Source: Cenococcum geophilum (Eukaryota). From it: a stretch of DNA of 64,000 nt. The position numbers were made by a program, and so were the translations under genes. This document shows, piece after piece, positions 49,165 to 60,314 of this stretch (the stretch's first letter is position 1; every line of letters starts with the position of its first letter). The stretch covers positions 32,488,001 to 32,552,000 of the forward strand of contig CP158635.1 in the NCBI GenBank assembly GCA_050273025.1, in the 5' to 3' direction. The notes under the pieces are model-generated. The model was not told the DNA's origin. It saw nothing but the letters and a program-made list of their open reading frames with translations, and searched no databases.

Positions 49165-50077
49165 TTACACGGTGAACTTGGCTTTCGCGCGGGTACTTCC
49201 AGCGTGGGCACTATCCGTATGTCCGGAGAACTCCACCATCTCGTTCTCTTTCAAGCCCAATGCTTCCTTGAACCGCTTGCCGACCTTCAATAATACCTCC
49301 TTGCCTTGCTCGAAGGTCCTGCCCTTGCCCCCCGCATTGTTGCCGTCCCCGCCACCAGGAAGCGGCTTGCCAACTGTCCGAGTCCAGAGGCCAATACGGT
49401 AGAAACCTTTCCGCACGTTGACCACAACACCCATGACTTCGCCATCATTATCATCTTCAAGTGTCTCTCCAATTGCGGCAAGCATAACGTGCAGCCAGAG
49501 AGCATCTATGTTGATGGCCTTCTTTTCTTTGAATTGGAAAGCCCATTTGCCGCCATGCTTGTTCTGTGGGTCTTCCCATTCGGGGCGGACGCCTTTCTTG
49601 AAAAGGTGGTAGTCGGATTTTAGGGCGAGTTCCGAAGTAGGTGTGATGTTGTTCTTTGCGGAAAGATGTGATGTTAGTAGAAGCTTCTGAGAACGGAGGG
49701 CACGCGGGAAAGCCAGACTCACATAGATGCCCCAGAACTCTTCCACAGAGTCAAAGGAAATGACTTCCTTTAGCAGCTCATTCCAGTTATCGCCCTTTGC
49801 TCATGTCAATAAAGTAGACACATGGATCCGCGCCAATAAATATTGAGCCTACCTTTCCGCTCGGCGGCTTCGTGAACCACAACGTCCAGGCATTCATGAG
49901 CGGATGCTTTACGTTGAAGTTCTCAGGGTCGTGGAAAACTGTGACAGGGGAGTCGTCCGTATCGGCTCCTAGAGAGGAATCGGTTGTCTCATTAGACTTG
50001 CTATCGGCAGGCGATATTGGAATGGTGTCGAGCGGTACTGGCTGCTGCGAGTTCGTAGCGGTTGCAAGATCCGCCAT
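49165..50077 (-). CDS. TIF45: Eukaryotic translation initiation factor 4E, ~261 aa, 3 exons (50077-49853, 49794-49723, 49653-49165)
   Basis: KHPL...WTLWF, SVEEFWGIY and DYHLFKKGVRPEWEDPQNKHGGKW motifs. Exons sum to 786 nt. Confidence 0.96.
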
Positions 50078-50624
50078 GATGGGATGGAGAAAAGAAATGA
50101 ACAAGATGTAGCGAAAATCTAGACAAGCGTTCTAGTCGAAAGGAGAAATAAGGCTTAGTGATCTAGAGCACGAGAAGAGGCTCGTTCAAGCCCAACAGAA
50201 CTAGTTAGTGAGTGAAGATGATACGACAGAGCAAGTTTTCAAGCTTGCACGGGGCTGGCAATCAAGATAGAGGCGGTCGCAAGGGACGTGGTTTAAAGGA
50301 AGAAAGGTTGGTAGTGGTGGAAAGTAGGTAGATATTCGTTGGTGGTCGTTCGCGGTGTCTCTGAATGGGCGGAAATGAGCTTGCGATGAGGCTTTTGCGC
50401 ACAACCCGATACCGCTTATGTCATGTTCCATTTTTCCTTTTTCGGACTGAGGACTTGTTTTGATTCAGTGAATCACCCTCGGTGCTCTCTTTACTTGTAC
50501 ACACCCTTAAGCTTCTGTTCTATTGCTCCATAGAGATTCTTATTTTAATCTTTCTCTAGAATTTACAATTCTGGGATTTTAATTTTCGTGAACCTCCAGA
50601 GCCCTTTTGGGTTTCTTGGCATTA

Positions 50625-50931
50625 TCTCTTACAATGTTAATTTGGGTCTTCAGGTTATCGATAAGGACCAGCCAATTAGATTAGATAAATTCGGCGCCTA
50701 CACTTAGATATACAAGGCCGGTGATATTTATAAAATACTATATAAAACTAATATATAAGCTTAATATTTGGACTTAAGTCAAGACCTCTAGCAAGTGGTC
50801 CTTCTTGTAGAACGGTATTTTATATATACTGCTGCTAAAATGAGTCCTTAGAAGACGCGCAACGCCCCCCTGTTTGAAAACGGTGTTCCCGCACGGACCA
50901 TTTGCTCTGAGGACCCTGACGTTGTAAGGGA
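50625..50931. mobile_element. Degenerate MITE-like relic with TIRs and flanking TA, related to the 58826-59011 palindrome
   Basis: TA|TCTCTTACAATGTTA...GGGTCTTCAG at left matches CTGAGGACCCTGACGTTGTAAGGGA|TA at right. The right 50 bp align with the palindrome arm. Confidence 0.65.
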
Positions 50932-51446
50932 TAATGTGGTGCAACAACCCCCCACTGGGCTAGAGTTGCACAACACAACCCAGGAATAAAACGGATCCAC
51001 TCTTCGCTCCCTTTGCCCCTCTAAAATTCGAGCTTCCACTGCTTTATGTAGATTCTTTTTGAAAGTTCAACTCGATTATATATATTTGTGGACTCATATA
51101 TGAAATAAGAATAATCACATTCTAAAACCACAAGCGTTTTCAAAACATATCCCCACCACCGTCTTAGGTAAAACCCACGGTACTTAAGCTTCCCGGAGGC
51201 GGCCTCGTCGCCGAGCAAGGTGGGTTTTTATATAAGCACATCTTCGGCACAACCACAGCTATGAAAAAAGCTGGATTGCAATTTGACATCCGTGCTAACC
51301 ACTGAACTCCATCACAGCATAAAACTCTCCTTCCGCGCCATTGATCCATAAGCTCTAAAAGTACAGGTAGAAAATTTGCATGACCAAAGATGATAAACAA
51401 GGTAAGGACTATCATTACAAGTGAAAATTGGTATTAATATGCTTCA

Positions 51447-53119
51447 CTACAGCTCACCATGATCATGATTGCGTAGGAGCTTTCCGGTATCTAGTGAGTC
51501 AGGCGATCCTGAGCCGAAGAGAGTATTCCGAATTTGGTCGAACGCAATATCGAATCTTGCGCCAGCAAACCAAGCAATTCCAACCTAGGCGTAACTGTTA
51601 ATATTAGGTTGTCCCATAAGATATCAAATACTCACCATAAATGCAGAAATGATGAACAAAGTTAAGAACACAGCAATGCCCATATAGATCATGTCCCACT
51701 TAGCCTCCTCCCTCTCTGCCCTTTCCTTAGCTTCTTGCTCTGGGCTGACGATCTTTCCGCTGACAACACCACCCTTTGCTGTTTGAGAGGGGAATATTGA
51801 TTCAATGAACTGTTCAATCTAGAAGGCATTGTCAATTCATCGTCGTCGGTGAGCTGCAGTTGCAGGTTTGATTACATACCTTGCCACAAGCGATACTAAT
51901 TTTGAGGAAATTCGGGTCCTTGGGGTTGTTCTTCTTGTGAATCTTACGAACATACCCCTTGAAGACGTCACAGACCATTTGGAGATTCTGAGTAGACTCT
52001 ACCATCAACTGGCAGGCCTGGCCCTTGGAGATCTTGACATTCTTCTTGAAAACATCGGGATTCCGGAAGCATACTTCTAGCGTCGCAATAGCCATTGATT
52101 GGGGAATTGCGCAGAAGTTGAAGACACTCTGATCTTTGATTCCCGCAAGATAGTAGAGGCACTCGTCAGCCCGATTGAGTGCCGTTAGGATCATCTCAGA
52201 ACTACAGCTCAAGGCGAGCTCTTGGTTTTCTGGCCTGAAGAGATCCTCAAATTTGCTGACATACTGTGACCAAATCTCCTTCGGCCAGAACCGTCGCTTA
52301 TCATCCAGGTCCTCTCGAATATCTCTGATGATGTTGACTTGCTGAAGGAATTGACCCATGGATTCCATCAGCTCGGGACGCTGGAGAAGGGCAGGGTTGG
52401 CTAGACCACCCTCTACAAACAAGCGTGTCAGGCCTTCTCCCACAAGTCCGGCAACGTAGTGGCAGTAGAGTTCGTAATCTTTGACGGTGTTCACTCCGTT
52501 GATATTGTGCTCCGCGTTGTTTGCATAGTCAGCCATGCCATCGCCCATCTTCTTTGTAATGTCCTTGATTATCGTCCTATAGGCCGGCTTGATCTTCTTG
52601 AGCTCCTCAATGACAACGTTGAATTGAACCAACAGCTCCCTATCCTTCTCATTGGGCCCATTTTCCGTGAAAGTCCATCCGTCCTTTTCCAGTACGTTTT
52701 GGAAGTTTCGTAGCAGAGGTTCCTTCTTTTCGAGAGGTATTGTCATGTCATCTTCGACGGTGTCCAAACCCCGCAAGATAAGGTAGAAAAGACATATCGG
52801 GACGAGGAGTTCGGGGTGGAGCTCTTTGATGACTGCGCTAAAGCTGCGGCTAGTCTTGTCGAGGAAGTAGAAGCATTTCTTGAGAGACTCGGGCTCCTTG
52901 GATTCATCTCGCTCATGGACGGGATTGTGCCACACTTTCCTGGGTCTTATTAGCGGTGCTTCGAACAGGGGCTTCAAGCCATCCCCAACGACAGCTCTGA
53001 ATGCGACAGGGCCTGTAGTTGTGAATGGTGCATCCTATTACAAGCTCTTACCATTGTATAATCGACCTCAACTCCTGAACATGGACGAGATAGTACAAGT
53101 AGCCTAATAATTTGGGCAT
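51447..53119 (-). CDS. ERG9: Squalene synthase (farnesyl-diphosphate farnesyltransferase), ~482 aa, 4 exons (53119-53052, 52939-51880, 51818-51636, 51584-51447)
   Basis: [37 protein letters not shown] and [13 protein letters not shown] motifs, C-terminal TM helix. Exons sum to 1449 nt. Confidence 0.97.
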
Positions 53120-54837
53120 GATGAAGATGTCTTTAATGGTCAATTGACGACGTTGAGGGTTTTCTGGAAGGGTAGATTTGCGTGAGCACTATCAACTTGT
53201 CAGTATCTCACAATGAGCGCCCCAGCAGTGTTGAAAAGGAGTTTGCACAAGCCGAATGCTTGCGGGCGCTGACAGGTGTTATTCAAAGTCCGGACGGAGA
53301 GCAGTTGATGCTTTCTCCGCAGAATGTTTTCTGAGGTTAGCGCTGATCGGTTATTTTCCGTAATCTCGCTGTCTCGCTCATGATTAACGCGACTACTATG
53401 CAAAGACGGGAAATCCGGTGGATGAATAATGAAGAAGCGCTTCTCAGGGTCAGCCGTGAATCGTGAGCGGATTTCACGACCGCGGGATGAAAGGTTTTGT
53501 GCCACCGGCATTGGTTCTTTCTCCGTGTCAAACCTCCGCTATTACCGGACCTGCATGCCTAATGACCGGCCTTCTTCCTCACTTCATCTCCAAGGCCAAG
53601 CCACCTCGGGTTATTTAGGTGGGTATACTTTCATCTCTCCATAGATTTGTCGGTTCTCATTCCGTTCATCAGAGCCTACAACTTAGTTTCATCGTCGCGT
53701 GTTGATTTTTATGTCGCACGTTCCAACTTCTAAAAGTGGCTGAGTCGTGGCCATCTCTAAAGACTCCCTTCCGGATAAATACAAAGATACATATAACATC
53801 TCTCCAAAGTCTGCCTTCGGAAATCGAATGGATCGCCCACTCACTTCAGCACTTCCTTTCCTGCAAATCAGTTTAATCCAACTAACTCATCAGTTTAAAC
53901 CGCAACCTCGTAGAGAGTTCCAAATTCATTCCTAAACTTAACGAACCCGATGCTGCCTATCGTCTATAAGCAAAACCCTAAAACCCTCGGCCGAATCACT
54001 CCCAACGAAGCATTAGCTGCTATAAAAGCGCTTTGCGCCTTTTCCCAAACCTTCGCGTTGACAATGGTCGATCCGTTTCCCTCCATCCGCAAGACCGATG
54101 CCAGCTCTAGCGAGCGTTGAGGGATTCTTCTGCTATGTCTAAAGTTGGCCGGGGATCAAAGTGCGCTTGCCAAGGCGGAGTGTCATCGTCTCCTAATCGT
54201 TGAACGAGAAATTTATTCCAGTGCCACTGGCGAAATGAAGCTCAATATGACATGGTGTGTCTATAATGTTACAGCAACAAATCATTTGCCCTGTAACCAA
54301 ATCGAGGTCGGTCTCGCCGCTGTTTCTGGAATCCGCTGGCTGCATTTCCTGTGCGAGCTGCATTACTGCTTCGACGAAGACGTCAACATATCTGACGGAA
54401 ATACATTCTCCAGATATGGTAGCAATTCTAACTCCCTGAATGTCTAGGCCAAGTATTGGACCTCCTGGCACCAGCGTTAGCAGCTCTGCACTAGGCCTTC
54501 ACATTCTTTCTGTAAATAGGTCACAGCACGCTAGCGTATCAAGCAGCATTCAGAATATACAGTGATACATGTCATTTTGGAGTGGTGCGGCCACGATGAA
54601 TATTGACAAGTTCAAAAGCTCATTGAGCACGAAATATTCCTGTCTTCAAGATTTTTAATACTGTGGCTCTGTTCCCGCGCTCCTTCTGCGTCATAATAGC
54701 AAGGTCCCAAAAAGCTGAGAATCTACACATTAAAAAAAGGACGTAGCGGACTAATCGACGTGAAGAGGATGAAATCTTTCCTAAGATGATCAAAGAATAG
54801 CTTCCCGCATCCAGTCAATTTCGTAAGAGAAGCGCGT

Positions 54838-57691
54838 TTACACTAAATTATAAATAGTCATGGGACTACGCATAAATTTCCACATCCCGCGCACCATCCT
54901 TTTGCTCTTTAGTGTCTCGGATATTTTCCGGCCGTGAGCTTCTTCGTTTTCGGCATCATTTTGTTGAAAAATTGGCTCTACCACCCAAGATATGCTCATG
55001 CTCCGGGTTTCAGAACGGGGTATCGTTTCGCAATGTTGATTAAATGGTGTAAGGACAAGTTCCTGTCCGGAAGCATCTCCATCGATGTCAAAAATAGCGC
55101 GCTGGTGCCCTGAGGGCTCATCAGAAGTCTCTGGGCGGGAACAGAGTTCAGCAAAATACGCAAAAGCCTCTGGCGTGATACCACTGGAGCCACCGTTGAC
55201 TTCGTCCCCTTTGTTAACGTTAGCATCGTTTTCTCTGGATTGGATATTTTCAACCGCAAGTCGTATCAAAGAAGCCACTAATTGTTGGTCTAAGTGACTC
55301 TGCGTTCTTGACTCTGCATCAATAGAACTCCGCTTATCCTCGACCTTCTCTTTGGCTCCGGAACACCGAGTAGTAGGCATATTGTATTCGTTCTCAGAGG
55401 AGGTCTGCACCAGCCGGCCAAGCCAGAGACCTCCTTGATCCATAACCCTATCAATGAACCAATAATGATAGAAGACTCCATCTCTGCCTCGTCCGAGATC
55501 AAACATGTTTTGGCACTCTTCGACTCCCAGTCCCTCTGGGAAGTCGAGGACCGATTCAATCATATCATCGGAAAGTCCTTTTCCAGTCGGTCTCCAGTGA
55601 CTGTAGAGTATGGATTGCCATATGGCATCTGCAATCTCTATCTGCCTGCTGGCTTGAAGCTCGATCAAGATGTCGAAAGAGATGTGGGTCATAGCGAGCC
55701 ATTGCTCCCTCGTACTCTCCTTTGATACGTTGTTGAACCGGCCCTCTTTTGCCAACTTTGGCCCTCCATCCGTACAAACTTTACTCATATGCTTCAGCCT
55801 AGACCAGGCCTCTCCATAGTTTTCTTTAATTGTATTTAAATCAATAAACTCGTCGATTTTCCACAAGAGACCTGGAAATGAGAAGCCCCGATTTGAGATC
55901 TGGTACGATACTGTGTTGTTCTGGCCTACCGTTACCCCGGTAGGATTTAAAACGTCGGCTGCAATGTTATTGAGCCATTTGACGTTGCCAGGAACCCAGC
56001 TAAAGTCCAAACTCTCATAAATGCGTGCTGCTTCTAATTAGTCAGTCATGATACTCAATATGCCGGATAACACATGCAGGCTGACCTACCAGGATCTAAT
56101 TCCTGAGGCAGACGATACACCTCCGGTAAGAGCAGTGAGAAATCTCCATTGATTAGGGAAAGCATCAAAACGCAGGTGCTCAGGCGATGCTGAGTTTTCT
56201 CAAGCTTGACCGTATCGAGCCGCAAGCGGTAGTTGCATAAGTTAGCAATGATTGCCAATCTATCCGCTGTGAGACTATTATTCCGGCCTTTCAAGAAAGA
56301 CAAGGCTACGGCAGCATTGCAAGTCCGTCTCGGCTTGAAGTCTTCAACGCCGAAGTTGACAATCGTTGATGGCCTCATTCTTGGGTGAAACCATGGAAGT
56401 CGGTCCAAAGTTAACTCCCAGTCTTTAAGCTTAATAGCTGGGTATTCTTGTGGCCTTTCGTTAAAGAAGGCTACAGACTCTGAAATACATCTGTCCAGAA
56501 GGTCCAATCGGATTGCAACGTCTGTGAAAGACATGTTATGGCAGATCAGACTCCAACCTTCGGTGGCTACATCTTTGGCTCGGGGGAAAAGTAGAATCAT
56601 ATTGCCACTCGAGGCAAAGGCTTCTTGTAGCACCCATGCGCGTGTGTTCCAGCGATCATTTGTAATCATGCTCAGGACTTCAGCAAGACTTTTCAAGTGC
56701 ATAACTCCGAACGTCTTCAAAGGCCTTGGGCCATGGGCCCGTAAAGAATCTCCGACACGCCATTCGAAGAATAGTGACAGGGCGTCTAAATGGCGTTGTT
56801 GATCGAAGATAGTTCGGAACAATCCAATAGATGTATGTGCTCTGAGGTATACCACGTCCATAGCTTGAACGCCAAGTTCCTTCTCCTCCTCGTTATCCTG
56901 TTCGATACACTCCTTTGGGGTCCATTAGTAGACTTAAAATCATGGGATTAGCTCATTGAACAGAATCTATACCTGATCAATCCATATCTAAAGGAACAGA
57001 GTTAATAGCTCGCTCTATAAATAAGATATCACGGCGACTGACTGACCATTCGAAATCCGTTTTGGACAGCAAAATCCACTGCTCGATCAATAATATCCTT
57101 CGGACCTCTGATCGGTCTGATAGTCAAATCTTCCTCGAGGACAAGATAGGGTGGATCCTCTGAACTGCCCTTAGCTTGAGCATCTTCGTTAGGCCAGCAA
57201 TAAGACACTGCAACAAAATGCGTGCATGTAGATAGATCTGATGGTTTCGTGGTCTTGGGTTGAAGCCTCCTCATCCGGAATCTCGTGACTTTGCCTTGAT
57301 TAGGAAAAAGAGGTATGTGCAAACATTCCTTGCAAGAGCGCGCTTCGACGTGGACACAAGGGCGTGAACTCCCCTGAAGTTGGTTTTCTCTAGCTTCTAA
57401 GGAGGATGGGAATTTGGAAAGATGGGAGGCATACAGCTGCTCATCCGCAGGCGGAATCCGCAAGTCGCACCGACTGCATTGTTCTTTCACCGATAATCCT
57501 CCACTATCAGACTCAACTATATCCCCATGCCAAGCTGCATCTCGGCCATCATCAAAGGTGAGAAATCGGGAGTTTCTTGCCCATTGAGTAGCATGTGTTC
57601 GAGTGGTACGGTATTGAAGTATCGATTCCGCATGTAAAGAGAGCTTAAAATGGCTCGAGCCGGACCAGTCCCCTTTGAGATCATCTATCAT
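54838..57691 (-). CDS. HET-domain (heterokaryon incompatibility-type) protein, ~892 aa, 4 exons (57691-57047, 56987-56973, 56912-56090, 56033-54838); start codon tentative
   Basis: HFVAVSYCW, IWIDQECIEQ, QAMDVVY and WNTRAWVLQE motifs. Exons sum to 2679 nt. Confidence 0.85.
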
Positions 57692-58181
57692 GGTAACAAC
57701 GGAATATTGCACGACTGAAGATGCATCGGGGATTCTAAGTGGATAGAAGTGTAACTAGAAGCAGTGAACGATCACTATTAACTCCATGAACTACTTCTAA
57801 ATGCAGTAAAGGTATCATATGTCAAAATGTGTACGGAAGAGCTCCTGACTATCGGCATGATGAACCTGCCAAACCTATGCCAAGAGGCCTAGTGGTGCGC
57901 TGTATCTCTTGTCTCAGACGTGCAGATCAATTTGCCAATAGGACGAGAGGAGTTTGAATTTAGCCTCACCAAAGGCCTAGCCACGAGATTGAAAAGAAAA
58001 TATCGAGCCGATTTCAAGGTTTGTCCCGCATTTGACAGGCGCACAAGATGACAAAGCGTATCACTAAGCAAGGAAGACGAACATTCCTGTATTTCCGACT
58101 GCTACATATTTTTTTCTGATTCTTATCAATTATTTCTTTAGAACCTAAGTAACCCACCAGAAAATATCCTCAGTATCAAAC

Positions 58182-58751
58182 ATGTCTCCAAAGGTCTTTT
58201 TGACGGGTGCAAATGGCTTTGTTGCGTCTCATGTGCTCTCTGGACTAGTCGGAGTATGTCATGCTCTTAGTTACAATACTCTCTACGAGCTCTACCATCC
58301 CTGGCTTACATGGCATAGCGGGACTATCAAGTAGTCGCTAGTGTAAGGTCTGAACAAAAAGCCCAAGAAGTCTTGAATCTTCACCCCTCTTGGAAATCGA
58401 ATGTGTCATTCATCTATATTCCAGATGTTGCTGCACATGATGCTTTCAATAAGGTTTTTGAGAACCAGGAAAGCGGATTTGACTACGTCATACATACTGC
58501 ATCTCCTGTTAATTTTAGCGTGAAAGATCTTCAAACGGAGCTGATAGATCCTGCGGTGCACGGGTATTTCTGCTAGTTCACCACCCCACTTATAGACATA
58601 TGACTGATAATCTTTCTAGAACCACCAACCTCATCTGGGAGGCAATAGCATAAAGCGCTTCGTATTACTCGGCAGCGCAGTGGCTGTTCTAAACTCGTTC
58701 GAAGATCTTAGTCGAGCTGGCAAAGATTATACGGAAGAGGACTGGAACCCG
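58182..58751 (+). pseudogene. Gre2-like NAD(P)-dependent epimerase/ketoreductase, frameshifted and truncated by piggyBac
   Basis: VFLTGANGFVASHV and VIHTASP motifs. Exon 3 (58620-) hits TAA at 58651 in the spliced frame, while KRFVLLGS...YTEEDWNP lies in another frame. Intron 3 is cut at TTAA 58759-58762. Confidence 0.85.
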
Positions 58752-58762
58752 GTATCCCTTAA

Positions 58763-60314
58763 CCCGTCGGGGTCCTACGAGTAGGTGGTCTGTGCGCGAA
58801 CACCAGACTCAAGACTACGCGTGCTCTATCCCTTGCAACGGTAGCGTCCTACGAGAATTGGACCGTGCGCGGAACACCAAAAACCAGAACCGAAAGTACG
58901 CGTATTTTCCATCAAGGAGCCTTGATGGAAAATACGCGTACTTTCGGTTCTGGTTTTTGGTGTTCCGCGCACGGTCCAATTCTCGTAGGACGCTACCGTT
59001 GCAAGGGATAGGTGTCTAAATCCTTCTAGTAATCCTTAATGCATAATTCTATGGTAATGCCTATATGAATAAGCACACCAAAGTACGCGTACAGTTTCTC
59101 CTTATATGTTGGCTGCCATAGGCGCGCATGCTCCGTTTCCTTATACGACAGATAAAGCTCCGTGTGCTTATTTATCCACTCCACAAGCTTATTTATAATA
59201 TCCTCTATAAAGAATAAGCTAAATAGCTTATAAGGATCATGCTGATCAACGTCTGAGGGGAGGTTTAGTGAGCCATGGTCGTCCCAATTATTAATATGGA
59301 GAGGTTCGAAATGGGGCAGCGGCCAGGGCTTTAGGGGGGGTGTTTTCGCCGTCTTATTTAGTGGAACGTTATACTAAGTCTTCTGAACAAGGTCGGCATT
59401 AATTCTAGCGCGATTGCGAGGCATGGTGGTGGTGTAATTAATGGTTAAATTCTATAGCACGGAGCATATTATTAAAAAGTACATTACTACTATAGCCAAA
59501 GGATAATATAGCACCTAAATCTACATTTAATCGAGTTAACAAGCTTACTGAACATATTCGGCTAACCTATAGAAAGCTTTACACGCCTAGAACACACCTT
59601 ACCGTCAACAAGACAATTCAACGCTTTATAGGCCGTGTACCTAAGATTATCAATATTCCATCTAAACCTGCACTAGAAGGCTTTAAGATATGGATTTTAG
59701 CGAATAAGGGCTATATATTGGACTTTATGTAGCACGCCAAAGGTAATAAGAAGGGCCTAGTTAATTTAGATGAGTCTTTTATTAATAAAGGCTTTTTAAA
59801 GACGCAGGCGGTAGTTCTTAATTTACTTTTATAAAAAGACACCAAAATAGACAAACGCCTCTACCTACCCGGAAAGCACGTTGTTTGGCTTAATAATCTA
59901 TTTATAAGCGTTAAGCTTCTTAGACGACTATAAGGCCTTAATATTAGAGGCGTAGGAACCGTTTAAACAACTAAAACATAACGTAAGGAGCAGGGGGACC
60001 TTAAAGGCGATATTAAGATAGTTGCAACTATAAAAGAAAAAAAGAAAAAGAAGGTGTCTATTAAGCAAATTAGCCAGAGGCTTGCAGAGCTTAAATTAAC
60101 CCATACGGCTTAAATTCCATAGGGAGAATTATATAGCGAGCTTTCTAAAGACGGCTAGGTAATGGAGTTTGCTTAAAAAGATGCCAATGTGGTGCTTTTT
60201 ATAAGTACTGTTAACGACGGTAAGCTAAACGCCTCTATAATAAGGCTTAAAAGCTAATAACGTTATATATCGCCAGGTTAATAGAAGATTAAGGACTTAC
60301 GAAAATAACTTACC
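58763..60314 (+). mobile_element. piggyBac-type transposon relic (left end + partial RIPed transposase), interrupted by Gypsy E
   Basis: TTAA|CCC terminus. Back-translation gives HLTVDETIQRF.GR.....IPSKP..EGFKIW.LAN.GY and VWLDNLFTS.KL......I.G.GTVR. Confidence 0.88.
58826..59011. repeat. Perfect inverted repeat (two 92-bp arms, 2-nt spacer); probable fold-back MITE 58829-59008 flanked by TA
   Basis: Arm 58826-58917 is the reverse complement of 58920-59011. Confidence 0.93.

Noticed and set aside
54145..54471. Opposing 100-aa and 92-aa ORFs upstream of ERG9
   Set aside because: Non-ATG starts and no motif I can identify; BLASTX would be needed.
41754..56802. Many plus-strand ORFs opposite the real genes
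   Set aside because: Antisense shadows of codon-biased minus-strand CDSs.
51447..58751. ERG9 plus reductase as a terpene biosynthetic cluster
   Set aside because: Neighbours are housekeeping (eIF4E, DnaJ) or HET genes, and no cyclase, P450 or transporter is present.
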